Source: Tubiluchus corallicola
Lineage: Eukaryota; Animalia; Priapulida
NCBI GenBank assembly: GCA_030141605.1
Contig: JAQGDQ010000032.1
Coordinates: 434,001 to 498,000, forward strand
Length of the DNA: 64,000 nt
Direction of reading: 5' to 3'
Each line of letters begins with the position of its first letter. Positions within the stretch are counted from its first letter, which is position 1. Below the pieces are notes generated by a model that had not been told where the DNA came from, made no database searches, and saw nothing but the letters and a program-made list of their open reading frames with translations. Shown here one piece after another: positions 52,320-64,000 of this stretch. The position numbers and the translations under genes were made by a program.

Positions 52320-52945
52320 TCGTCCATAAGTCGGCAGTTTAGCTTTCCTAGTTATTCACGTGTCCTGAGCCTGCATTTCGTGAGGATCATTTTGACACCA
52401 AACTCATTGCTCTATGTTATTTCTAAGTGAGATAATCCACATTGAAGTTGAGGTGCCCGCTACACACTAAAAAACATAACTTTGAGAAAATCGCTGTTAA
52501 AGTTACCCGTTGTTTTTCGTCGCATTTCTGCAAAACACTTAGCAACCTCACAAATATTGGTTGCTACGGACTTTGCAACAACACATTGATGTTATGTATA
52601 AATCCAGTAGATGGCCCTTGCTGATGAAGATCTGTGCTTGGCAACAGAAAAAAATGCAAAGCAAAATAATGCTTCCATTATTTTCTACTGGAGTTTGAAA
52701 TTCAAGTTTTTTTCACTTGTAGTACATGTCTAGTTTCTAGACGGAAAAGTGAGTACTGGGTTATAAAATTAGATTTTTAGTATTTTTTAAACATTTTCTT
52801 GACAGTTTGGTGCTAGAATATTAAAGTCCAATATATTTAGTGTTTGTTTTGATAAAAAACAGAAAATTGTCATTTGACCAAATTTCTGGTGCATTCTACT
52901 TTGAAGCATCATAACGTAGTTTTAACTATGCCGACTTATGGACAA
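52320..52945. mobile_element. Non-autonomous TIR element, copy 2 (downstream of LSM7), inverted relative to copy 1
   Basis: Perfect 15-bp TIR GTCCATAAGTCGGCA / TGCCGACTTATGGAC; internal homology to 45485-46115. Confidence 0.85.
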
Positions 52946-53438
52946 TATATGGCAGGCACACAAATATTAAAATTTGTTTTGAAAATAAATGCTAGCAAAG
53001 CATGTGAGTTTTTAGTCTGACTATCACAAGTCACTTACTGTTCACTCATGTATTTCTGCTGTTCTTGCTCCTAAATATTATTCTTAATAACATGAGAAAT
53101 TTTGTGTGTGAATTTTATTTTCTTTTATTTAGTTATTGTTGATTAACCATTGTAGCTTGCTGCTTTCATGTATTCAACATGTCATGGCTTTAATAAAAAG
53201 TTATCTTCTAAGTAACTTAATTCTTTAATTTTCAATTATTTTCTAAAAAAGTGTTTGTGCACGAGTTTTAGAAACTCTACCCGAATTAGTATGTGACATG
53301 GTTATGCCAATATTTGTGGTCATGATGCTATTACTTCAGGTTTCATCCAAGAGATGGCGCAGGAATATAAGTTTGCATAGAGTACCTATATATCTAATGC
53401 GCAAATCTTTACCTAACTTTGTAACTTGCACGTGCTTT

Positions 53439-54089
53439 CAGAGAGGGGGATATCACTTTCTTGTTTATCCGCAACCGCAAAATTGCACCTGTCTTTATCC
53501 GCATCCGCAAAATCCTCGGATTTAGTGAAATTTAATATCCTTTTTGCGCAACTTTCTCAAATTAACCAAGCTTGTTATGTGTGCCCTATTAAAAACCGTT
53601 TCTTTGTTGTATAAATTGCTAGCCAGACCCAAATTTTGCTTGTAAACGTTCGACGACTCATACAGCTCGATGTAAATAGTACATCACTTGACCATGCATG
53701 CTCATCACACAACTCTACAAACCGTAATAGGCGCGAGTTAAAAAACTATAATTATGAGCAATGTTTTGCGCCTGGGAATTACCAGGTAAAATATCAGGAA
53801 GCAGCAAAAACGCAAGAGATGATGAGGACATCTTGAAATAAACTAGTGATGAAAGGCGTTTTATATATATATATATAATCTTTATTTGTTTTACAGTGGA
53901 TTAACAAAACAGTAGTCCCTGATTCAAGTCTCTCCAAGTGGCAACAAGTGGTTTGGCGATTAATGGGCAACAAGCCTTTTAATGTGCAAGGCAAATACTT
54001 GAAAATTTTCTTTACATAAGTAGTTTTTGCATAATTCACTAACAGCAATCCGCAAATCCGCTTACGGCAAACCGCTATCCGCCACTCTG
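53439..54089. mobile_element. hAT-superfamily MITE (651 bp) upstream of MALT1
   Basis: TIRs CAGAGAGGGGGATA / CAGAGTGGCGGATA, perfect 8-bp TSD CGTGCTTT (53431-53438 and 54090-54097), and subterminal ATCCGC repeats. A related end lies at ~48118-48206 on the minus strand. Confidence 0.92.
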
Positions 54090-54508
54090 CGTGCTTTACC
54101 TTGTGCAGAGCATGGCAAGATTATCTTTCTGCTATTACGTCTCTGTTTACCTTGTACATTCGCGACAAAGTAATAACGGGTGTGTTGTGGTTGTAGTTTT
54201 GTGTCCATTTGATGATTAATGTTCGTCACAGTAATTTCAACATTATTTGATTAGATACGTCACTTGCTGACTTAAAAGTTAAACTTCATTAAAGGTTTCA
54301 GAAACGCTGAAGTACCATGACTTTTTAATGATTGTGTTTTTTTAGGCTTGATTAATTGTGACAAATCGTGAAATGCACTTATTGTATATAGTTCATATTC
54401 TAGCACGTTGATGATAATTTGTTAACGCATTTGACCTATAAATGGTTCCTAGTTAATTTTTTTCACTATACAGTTGTATTTGTAGCAAAGCTTATAGTTT
54501 GCAAGTGA

Positions 54509-57500
54509 ATGAATGAATTGAAGATGCGTGATATCGCTGTCGACCAAACCTTAACTGTTGATAATCTACCATCCCATATATTCTGTGAGCTGTGCAACAT
54601 TTTGGATTTAGCGGATAATGGTTGGCGAGAACTTTGTAAATATATACCAGACATGACGTAAGTACTAGTATTAGACTCTTCGCCTTCATATATCTAGCAA
54701 CACAATGCTGCAACTTACTGCTGCTCTTGCCCATAAATCAAGACTATTCTGCATTTGCCCTGAGGTTAGGGTTTCAGTTAGGGATTTGTTCTAGACACCG
54801 AAATTTCATACATTTAGTCGTGCAGGTAAATTACTAGTAGTTGTATGCAAATTATTATTCTATTCGGTGACCGGTAATAAAGTCCGAAAATGGGTTAGGG
54901 TTAGGGTTATTTCTTTTTTCCTGTGACTTTTTTACCTGGATCTTTACACTTACCATTCAATGCAAGTGCCTTGTTGTGATTGCAGTTAAAACAGCTGTCA
55001 ATTCAATTCAATTTAAAGGTTTATTCATGTCTAATATAATATTTATAGCTCAAATACAACAAATTGTGTAAAGTATGTAGAGATGGGGTGGTGAAAGACC
55101 AATCCAGGCAGAAGGAGTGAAACTCAGTCACAACTAAATTAAAAGTGGAAAGTAGATGTTAATGATGGGTATAATTGCAAAGCTATAATTCCATGTGTGA
55201 GTAAGGTGTGATACGTATTGACTGTTTCCATGGGTGCAACTGTCTACGAACGCTGTGTGCATGAACAAAGCCCACGGTACTCTTTACTCGATTTTTGGTT
55301 GCCTGTTTGTGAAAATTGGAAATAATTATTTTTGGAAGCCATGCCTCTGTTGAAATTTCAGCATGATAATTACAGTGGTGGCGTTAGCTTATTAATGAAC
55401 TATTAGATGGCAAAGGAAGTACAGGTTTGGGTTCATAAGATTTTGCAAGGCAACGAATAATACACACGTATCATCATTTACTGAAATGAACTGTTGTAGC
55501 TAGATGAATAATACTTATTTACATGCTTATCCCTGCTCTCAAAAAACGTCCTGAAGTGACCAAAACTCACCTAACCAGAACTTCCAATCAGTGAAAATCG
55601 TCCCTGTAAACTTAAGAACTCCCTAAGTCGCCTAGGGTACGGCGGTTTCCCATATCACGCATCATGCATTAGGTACACATAGAGTTGTATTTTTACACTA
55701 TCGACTGCACTTACATAATTTACCTTGACGTTTATAGTGATTCTTTTATTAAAATTGTGCAGAATAATAAATATGGTACAGTTGATTGAAATATGAAAGT
55801 CTGTGAAGTAAAATGTATGTTTTGCCATCGTTGCACTACTTTTCAAAATTTAGAAAATCATCATTGACAAATTGCGCATTGAGGTTTTACTTAAAAGTGC
55901 ATTTAAATTTTAAGTCTAGTATAAACTTATAGCTTAAAAATCATGTTTATATTCTTTAGCATGTCCTACATATAAAGTGCTTTGTCAAATAAATTTTTAG
56001 TATGCTTAACAGAAACACCATTTAGTTATTAACAGTATTAACAACAAATAGGTTTCTCTCGCTGTACAGTGGAACAGCCACTAAAATGAAAAATTAATGC
56101 ATTTGTTAGTTAGAAATTTTATTGTTGCAGAGATGAGGACGTTAACAGACATGCCATACAATGCATGTGGAAGAGAGACAGTCCCTCGCAACAATTATTT
56201 CGTCAACTTGGACCAGGTAGATATGGAACAGTGCAGCATCTCATTGGGTTCCTTCAACAAATGCACCACGAAGAAGCTTTACTTAAACTGATGCCACCAG
56301 GTATGTAAAAATGTGCAAGTTTTTGAACAAAAGTTTCTACATTACAGTTTGCATGAAAACACTTATAGGCAGGGCATCTTCTATCAACATTTCTTCGTAT
56401 AGTCAATGAAATTTGAATGGTAACAATTTCATACAGTCTTTAAATATTTTTTATAAACCGTAACTCTCAGTAATTTTCTGGCTAACATAAACAACCTAAT
56501 ACATGATCATATTGTACATACAGTTTCCAGTTCAAACTTTAATTAAAATCGCGTGTTTTGCTGAATAATATCTTATCTCAGTAGCATAACTATATACTTC
56601 TGGTCTCCTGCAGAATAAGCAGATGAGCCACTGTTATTCGAAAATAGTTTTTAGCGATCTACGGATGCACCACAGTTTTTAAAATCTGTTGTAAAACTGC
56701 CACAATTAAGTGATAACTTACCTTTGATTTTTTTCATCCTGGTTTAAATAGCTGCTAAATGTAAACATCTTCATGTATTACTTTGATACCCTTGGCAGTT
56801 CTTCCTCTTCACCAAGGATTCATCTAACCTCTGTTACTGCAAGATCTCTGTGTGCGTAGTTACGTCATTGCAGAATCGACAGTTTAGCAAACAGGCTGGT
56901 CACCTCCGCAGTTTTTCTGTATCATTGACTACTTGATTGTCAGATACCAGTAAATAAAGTTGATCAAATTTCAGTCAAGGAAAACTGAAACAATTGATGA
57001 TGTACAGCATCTTTGTAGCAACAAGTACTACTGAATTTTATAAGTTTATGAATTGCTTGTTTGAAATGAAATTTTATTTGGTCATTCAAGTTCACGTTTG
57101 TGAGGGCGCCTTTTTTTGGTATGCTAAGCGATAGTGACATCACTCGTTGTTAGCAGCGGGTTTCACTGTTAGTGCAACTATGTGATATGTAGGTTTTTGT
57201 CAATGTGTTTTTAAACCATTTATACATGACTTTCAGAAAAAGTGAAAATAAAGTCAGGCCTTCCAGAAAACCTTAGTGTTCTCACGGGTGGCACACTTAC
57301 TCTTCACTGTAAAGCGACTGGCTTGCCACGTCCTCAATATCGATGGTATAAAGCAAAAAACAATAACATCAACACAAACGAGCTTGTGAAATTGAACTGC
57401 ACAGAAAGTCAGCTCACAGTTTCACCAGTGAGGTAACCTCGAAAACTAGAAAACTGTTTTCTGTCTCATCGCAAGTAGTATTTAGAATTATTGACTGTGT

Positions 57501-60500
57501 TTAGCTGTTTCTAAGAAGTCTTGCATTAAAAAGTGTTCAGGTATTAGAATGCATGTATTAAATCAGTAGTTTCTTTGACATCTATCAACATGGGCTCTCT
57601 AAAGATGCATATGTTGATGGTGATTAATTTAAATCTTTTTGTTTTTCATTGAGCACTTCTTTATTCTCCTTGCAAATTTTGCTTAATACCTCCTAAAGTG
57701 TGTAAGCTAGTGTCATTTAAAATTATAGACTAAAGGACAATGCTAAAGTTTGCAAACAGTTATTATTTTTTCTTTTTCGAGCATTCATTTCGAATTTAGC
57801 TAATCTGGCCGGTTATAATTTGAATCCAAAAGTCAACTCAAAGAAATATTCGATGATAATCGGGTATTTGCTATTTGGAAAAATATCTGAAGCAACACTA
57901 GCATTTATAAAGTTATGTTTTATCTAACATAGATATATTTAATTGTATTTAATAACTAGATTAGCAGAAAGAAGCTAAAATTTGTGTAGAACTTTCTGTT
58001 TTGCCTGATAAGATGAGATGCTTCAACAATACTTTTGCATACATTATTCGATGGCTATTGACATGGAATAATTTGCTTAGTGGTAAAATAAAAGGATACC
58101 CTAAAAATGGCCAAGTTTGGTTTATTGACTGTAAACGATATTGTTATCAGTAAGTAGCATTCAAAATGTTTGCTGTGTTTTGTAGCCCAGGGCACCAAGG
58201 CCTTTACATCTGTAGAGTTCACAATAACATACCGAGTAGTGCATTTACAAATTACTGCAAAGTGAAAGTTTTTCATCATCAGAAAGCTAGTTCATTCAGT
58301 TTAACTAGTGAAACAGGTAACGTTAGAATGTTCCTTTGTCCTTTATTGTATATTGCAATTTTTGTATAAACCACATTTCTTTGGATAATTTTTCTAGTGC
58401 TCTTTTGTCATGGTATTACAGTTATTAGATACATTTTTATAACTGCTAGTTTATTTATTACTACGATGTACTCATATGTAAAAGTCAGCTAAAAAAAGCT
58501 GTTGTAACCATGTAGTCGACATTGGTACTTTTCTTTTATGCTATCTTAAGCCAGGAACCTAGCATTTTAGATCTAGCTGCTGTGTAGAAATGAGTGTAAA
58601 CTATGAAATTGTTGTTTCGAAACTTTGTTAATAATGGCAAGGCACGTGATATTTTGCATGATTTAGCAGTTTGCATCTTACTATGGACTTTACCTACCCC
58701 TAAAACCATTTCATTGTAGCTGAGGGAAGATTATCTTTTATTAGAACTTCTAATAGTCTGCCTGTCCAATGTTTATTAGAGACTTGTAGTAAAGTGAAGA
58801 TAGTCTGTTTTTTACTTTTTTTGCTATTTTCTCTAGTCTTTGTGATCAGATGTGTGTATTTGTTTAGATAATACTGCATATGCTGCTGCAAAGCTTTCAT
58901 CAGATGTCGAAACGCTTCTTGAACAACCAAAACTTTATACAGGTAACTGAGTTTAGTATAGTCATTATGCATTACGCACATTTTTACTAATTCCTAATAT
59001 GTTATTTCTAATGTAAAATAGCAATTAACTGATACCTATAGTGTCTATATCGGTTTTCTTTTGATCAGTGAACACAATTTAAGCTTGTTTAACCTCTGTT
59101 TCTAACTAGTACAAACTGCAAAATTACATGTACATGCTGACAGCCTGCCAGTCAGACTAGAGGCAAGCCTACAAGCAAGAGGGTTAGCGATGCTAGAGAG
59201 TCTGCGATACGTTGGTTTTTGCCTCATTCGTATTGCAATTCAATACTTGTGAATGAGGCCTAGCTAGGAAAACAGGCAGTAACAAATGTAGGTGATTTAA
59301 ACAGTAATGACAAATATTTATCAGAGTCGGAAGCTGAAGGCTTTTAAGAAATCATCAATTTGACTGCGCACATGTGGCATTTAAGTCTATGTAATTGACT
59401 GGTCTAATCAACAGTAGCTAGTGTACATGCATTATAATTGTGATGCATAATGTAAAAAGAATCAACTAGACTATAATCACTGGGGCAGAGATCGTGTTGC
59501 AGTGCCTCTTTATATTAAACTTATCGAAAAATATCTTACAAAAGTGGATATTGTATTAATGAGTTTTGTAGTAACCATATGTGATTATACAGGTTTTGTT
59601 ATAATCTTGGCAAGTACATAATAAAGTCATCATTCTACTGAAAGTTTCGTTATAAGCTGAATCATATTACTGGGAATTGGCTGTACTGTTTTCTTTACTG
59701 GTAAAGTTTGCAACTTTATCTAATGATTTCGCGGAATCACCCGGAATTCTGTAGTGGACGAAATGACAATGCTAATGTAAAAACTTGATTGGAAATGTGT
59801 ATGATTTGATGTTATTCAACAGTTAAACATAATTGATGTTAATAATTTAAAATTATTAGCACTTCAAATATTAAATTCCAATATTGTTTAGGCGAAAACA
59901 AAACCAAAAACTCTAAAAAACAGTTCTAAGAACCACCCACACCTTCACCTCACTTTGGCAGACCAAAATGCAAATAAAATTAAGAGTAAAGAGAACTTTA
60001 AATATTGTCTTTTATTGACATCCATGACACCTGAATGTCTATTGGAAAGAATTTGTACTATTGTTATGTAATCATAGATCTATCGCAGCATCATGTGTGT
60101 TTATGAAGTCCATTGTGGGAGTGACAGTCTTTATATATTGATTTATGTAGCTTTATACAGCTCAGCGAGCTAGTATCCAGCGCTGAACAGATACCACGAC
60201 GAGCTAGTTATTCACATCACAAGATTACTAGCATCCTATCCAGAAAAGACGTTTTTTATTATAGCAGTGAATTACTCTGTGAACTAAGACAGCATATGAG
60301 ATACTTGTGCTTTGCGCTTAATGTGACAGTGTCAACAAGTAAAAGTAAAGAACTATATACAGTTCTTGATCAACCACATGAGAAATTCCCATCACCCGTG
60401 ATTGTATTTTACAGTTTATTAATATAAGTTTTTGTGTTTCAGCTACAAATAAAGTGGCTTTGCTCATAGGGAATAAGTCATACCACAGTATAGGTGTTTT

Positions 60501-63500
60501 GGAGAATCCTGATAAAGATGTGATAACTCTGGCCAAGCACCTGCAATTTCTGGGATTTATGGTCTTGTCATTAGTGGACCTGAATTTGAATGAAATGCAG
60601 AATGCCGTGCTTGCATTTTGCAAAATGCTTTCTGAAGGAGCGTATGGTAATTTACGTGTCAATTTTATAATTTTGGCTCTTACAACAATAAAATATGTCA
60701 CTTAGTAGGGATACACCAGATCAAGTTTTGCCTATTCCGGATCACAGCCAGATCTCTAGGTGCTGATTCCAGTTCCCGATCTACAAATTAATGTAAATGA
60801 TATTTCTATTGTTTAGACTCTTCATCATGTGTGGCAATCGCCTGTCCACTTTCAGTGTCACTGAGTAATTTTAAGTAGAAACACTCCAAACGTTGATATA
60901 CTGCAATTTTGATCTGCCCTTAGTTTAAACTAAAAAGCCGTCAAACTGTACTTTTACTAGAAGTAGATTTTTTTAACAGACATTTTTGTGGCAAAAGCGC
61001 TATCTTTGCACGCTAGTTGCTGCAAGGAGCCACAGCGTGAAGATTACTGTTATGGCTTGCACTATAAGCATGGTGGCGTCAAACTAAGCGAACCTTCGTA
61101 AATTTCTGAAAATTTTAATAGAAGTCCTTTAAAATTCTTTTAAAAAAATTGAGACTGCTCAGGTAAATTATACTGCTATGTAATTTTTTCTTAGCCAATC
61201 TAATTTTTTTCGCAATTAGTGTGCAATCCTTAGTTTTACACACAGAAAAATAGAAATGCAAACAGCGGAAAATCCAGCAAGCCCTTTTGCCTCATCCAGT
61301 ACATCCCTAACAAACAGCAATGCGAAGTTCACCAGTGCAAAATACTGACCTAGCTAACCAAAAGTTGGTCATAGATAGTTGCTCAGCGCATTTTACTGCA
61401 GCAAACAGCTAATTCGTGCTCACTTGAGAATTACACAAAGGTTAGATTTGCAAATTTGTTGTTGATCTGGCCGCATTGTTACCTGAAGAGATAAATAACA
61501 CTATTTATATCAATTTCTTTCTGGTTCCTAATTTCATTATTTTTCCTTGTTTACAGCACTTTGCAGCTGTAAACCTGTTTTGAGACATTTAGAGTAGTGT
61601 GTGTGACAAAACTTATAGTGTTTGCTTCTTTATAATGGGACAAATAATTTTGTTACTGTAAAAATCACTCCACTTTCTCTGATAGTACACTGTTGTAATT
61701 GTTGCAAGAACAAAAAACAATGTTAGGTCTCACTTCTGCACGATAAGTTATTAGAGTTAAGACTACAATTTCAACAAAGACGTTTGTTGTTAGTTGAAGC
61801 TTAATAGGTGAATTTCATTGATTAATTTCTACACTAATTCATCCTTACATAGCTGGATGGACATAATTTTTATTTTTGCTGCTTTTCTGTAACTAAAATA
61901 ATGTAATTTGCTAATGGCCAATTAGAAATAAAAACAGGTAAATTGACATTCTTTTTGAACTTTTTTCAAAATTTCCTTAAAAACATTAAAAATGGTTTTT
62001 CTTCATTAGGTTTGTTCTACTTTGCTGGCCATGGTTTCGAGTTGAACGGAGTTTCCTTTATGATACCAATAGATGTTACGCAACTTAGCCATGAAAACTG
62101 TTTGCCTGTGCCATTTGTTTGGGAGCAAATGCATAAAAGCAGATCAGTCTTGAATATATTAGTACTGGACATGTGCAGAAGAGATTTGCCAGAGTGAGTA
62201 AATTAGGGTCGCTGTGTGTGGATCAGACTGTTCCAAATGATAACCCACATAACATGATAGTTTCTTGTTTTGACCAAATGTGTGCTATCATCTATTTTTC
62301 TTTAATTAAATTTTGGCTGCTGAAAAATGTCAGGGTCGGTTCTGCCTCTAGGCAAACTAGGCAGTTACCTAAGACACCAATTTTTTTTTTGGGGGGGGGG
62401 ACAAATTGTGGAAGTAATTCTTTAATTTTTAAGTTTTGCATAAGTAATATTAAATCATAGTGTGGGCCTATATGTAATTGCGCAAATGCACGATACTTTA
62501 ATTAAATGAAACGACTACTTGCATTATTTTCCTTGATTCATCGATGGAAACAAGTGCCTTCCAGCAGCAAAACACTTTTTACTTTTACTTTATCTGGTTT
62601 CTTAAGATTACGTCAATTTATGCAGACACTATTGATACGTTTCTCTGCTTTAACCTCCACTTTTTATTGTTTGCATAGAGCAGCAGAGCTATATAAGTGC
62701 TAATAGTAGTGATCCTTCGTTAATGAAATAGTTTCTTACAATAGCATTTGTCTAATTATTGGCAAATAAACCTATAAGAATCGAAATCTTCAGAAATGCA
62801 ATACAGAAAACGAAAGGTAAAAAAGCTGTCCAGCTATGAACAGTAAGAAGAATCGCTAATGAAGTGTGCGCCAACCCAGAGTTATAGTTGTGAAGATAAC
62901 GAAACTGTTGAAATGGTTGTATAAGTGGAAAAGAGGATTTAGGGCTTCAAAGATCTTCTGATGAAAAGGCTGGGGGGAATCTAGCCGAGAGTAGCAGAAA
63001 TTTGACCGCCTAGTCATCACAAGCATAAGTAACAAACTACGCTTAATTAGTACACTATAAATACATGTATAAGCCGAGCACGCAAGCATCATTGTACTTA
63101 ATTACAATATTATAGAAGAAAAATTTAAACTTGCGGGCTTGGTGGGAACCGAGGGGAAGAGATTGACCATTGAGGAGGGGGCACTAAAAATACTTTTGCC
63201 TAGTTTTAGGGCATCAAACTACCTAGAGCTGGCCCTGAAAATGTGTGTGTAAATAAAGTGAATTGGATGGAACAAAATAAATTAGTGTTGCAGTAGCAAT
63301 CTGGGTTTTATTGCTTACATTTCGTATGAAAGCCATTAATGTTGTTACTTTGATAATGTGAATAGCAGTTTCTGCTAAGAACTGCTCTATCACAATGCAC
63401 CTTAAAATTTTTACCTGTACTCGAAATTTTTCTGACAAATTCAGAATTTGCATCATTTCAAGCTCTCAAAAAAGCTAAAGTGCAGTAAATAGGAGACGGG

Positions 63501-64000
63501 GGGGGGGCATAACTGGCTTCTTTAGTCTTTGCCTGGTCTTGCTTTTATTGGTCCTTATTTGACAACACCAGCCTAACTAGTGATGTAGTTGTTTGTAGAA
63601 GTGTTGTGATATTTTTTAATGGTTTACATTCTGTATAGGTATGACTTTGAACATAGTCTGTTCACTGTTTTTGACCAGGAAGCACCCCTGTGAAATTAGT
63701 GCTTTTTGCATGTCTTTACTTATTGCCTGTGAAAATTTGCAAATCAAATTTGGCCAAGAAGAATTACCTGGTGCCAAACGTCAAGATCCTTAAGATCAAA
63801 TATGAGAAGGATCTACAGCATCATCGCTGCTGTTGTTAAAATTGAGTTTTTGTCACATGAGTACTGCATTTGGCATTTTTCCTGCAGTTTCTGTAAAATT
63901 CTTATTCTTTATTTCTTAAGAATTCTAATTTTATTTAGGAGTGACAGTGCCAAGAAAATGAAAAAAATGATGCGGAAAAATGCAAATGACTTAGTTGTTT
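54509..64000 (+). CDS. MALT1: MALT1-like (type 1) paracaspase, 3' end beyond the window
   Basis: Phase-consistent exons: 54509-54657 and 56131-56300 (death domain: LCNILDLADNGWRELC...SPSQQLFRQLG...TVQHLIGFLQQM); 57237-57432 and 58186-58316 (Ig: TLHCKATGLPRPQYRWYK...GLYICRV); 60443-60646 (KVALLIGNKSY...); 62010-62193 (GLFYFAGHGFE...LNILVLDMCRR); 63939 to the end. Catalytic His at 62030-62032 and Cys at 62174-62176. Confidence 0.94.
54873..54936. repeat. Mini inverted-repeat element enclosing (TTAGGG)n
   Basis: GGTAATAAAGTC ... GGGTTAGGGTTAGGGTTA ... GACTTTTTTACC; further TTAGGG units at ~54762-54783. Confidence 0.65.
55000..55400 (-). mobile_element. LINE (CR1/L2-like) 3' fragment in MALT1 intron 1
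   Basis: Minus strand ends AATAAA...(TTGAA)n, preceded by a decayed SFxPxx.rdW-like C-terminal motif. Confidence 0.45.
60706..61309. mobile_element. hAT-like MITE in a MALT1 intron
   Basis: Imperfect TIRs TAGGGATACACCAGAT / TAGGGATGTACTGGAT; the TSD is not preserved. Confidence 0.6.
62331..63237. mobile_element. hAT-like MITE (907 bp) in a MALT1 intron
   Basis: TIRs CAGGGTCGGTTCT / CAGGGCCAGCTCT, flanked by the direct repeat AAAATGT on both sides. Confidence 0.8.

Noticed and set aside
59892-59985. Additional MALT1 exon
   Set aside because: It has a stop codon in the required phase-1 frame and no Ig features.

Overview
AT-rich, intron-containing animal genomic DNA, probably an invertebrate (protostome-like LEO1 N-terminus). 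The ORF track is mostly exon fragments and noise, so I assembled the genes by hand from GT-AG boundaries and reading phase. Three spliced genes are well supported: LEO1 (PAF1 complex, minus strand, 11 coding exons, 29923-39542, ~696 aa), LSM7 (plus strand, 4 exons, 44745-51856, 113 aa, head-to-head with LEO1) and a MALT1-type paracaspase (plus strand, 54509 to past the window end; death domain, apparently one Ig domain, caspase-like domain with intact His/Cys dyad). The first ~26 kb has no recognisable intact gene. It looks like the regulatory or 5' region of a gene outside the window, and contains LINE fragments, microsatellites, a perfect nuclear-receptor ER2+DR4 element and a degenerate hammerhead-ribozyme-like motif. 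Introns and promoters hold several MITEs with readable TIRs and TSDs. The most notable oddities are a recent 107-bp tandem duplication of the LSM7 exon-2 acceptor, a hAT MITE with a kappaB-like site just upstream of MALT1, and a possible decayed Kolobok/KolX element in LSM7 intron 2. No clearly new multi-gene system was found.
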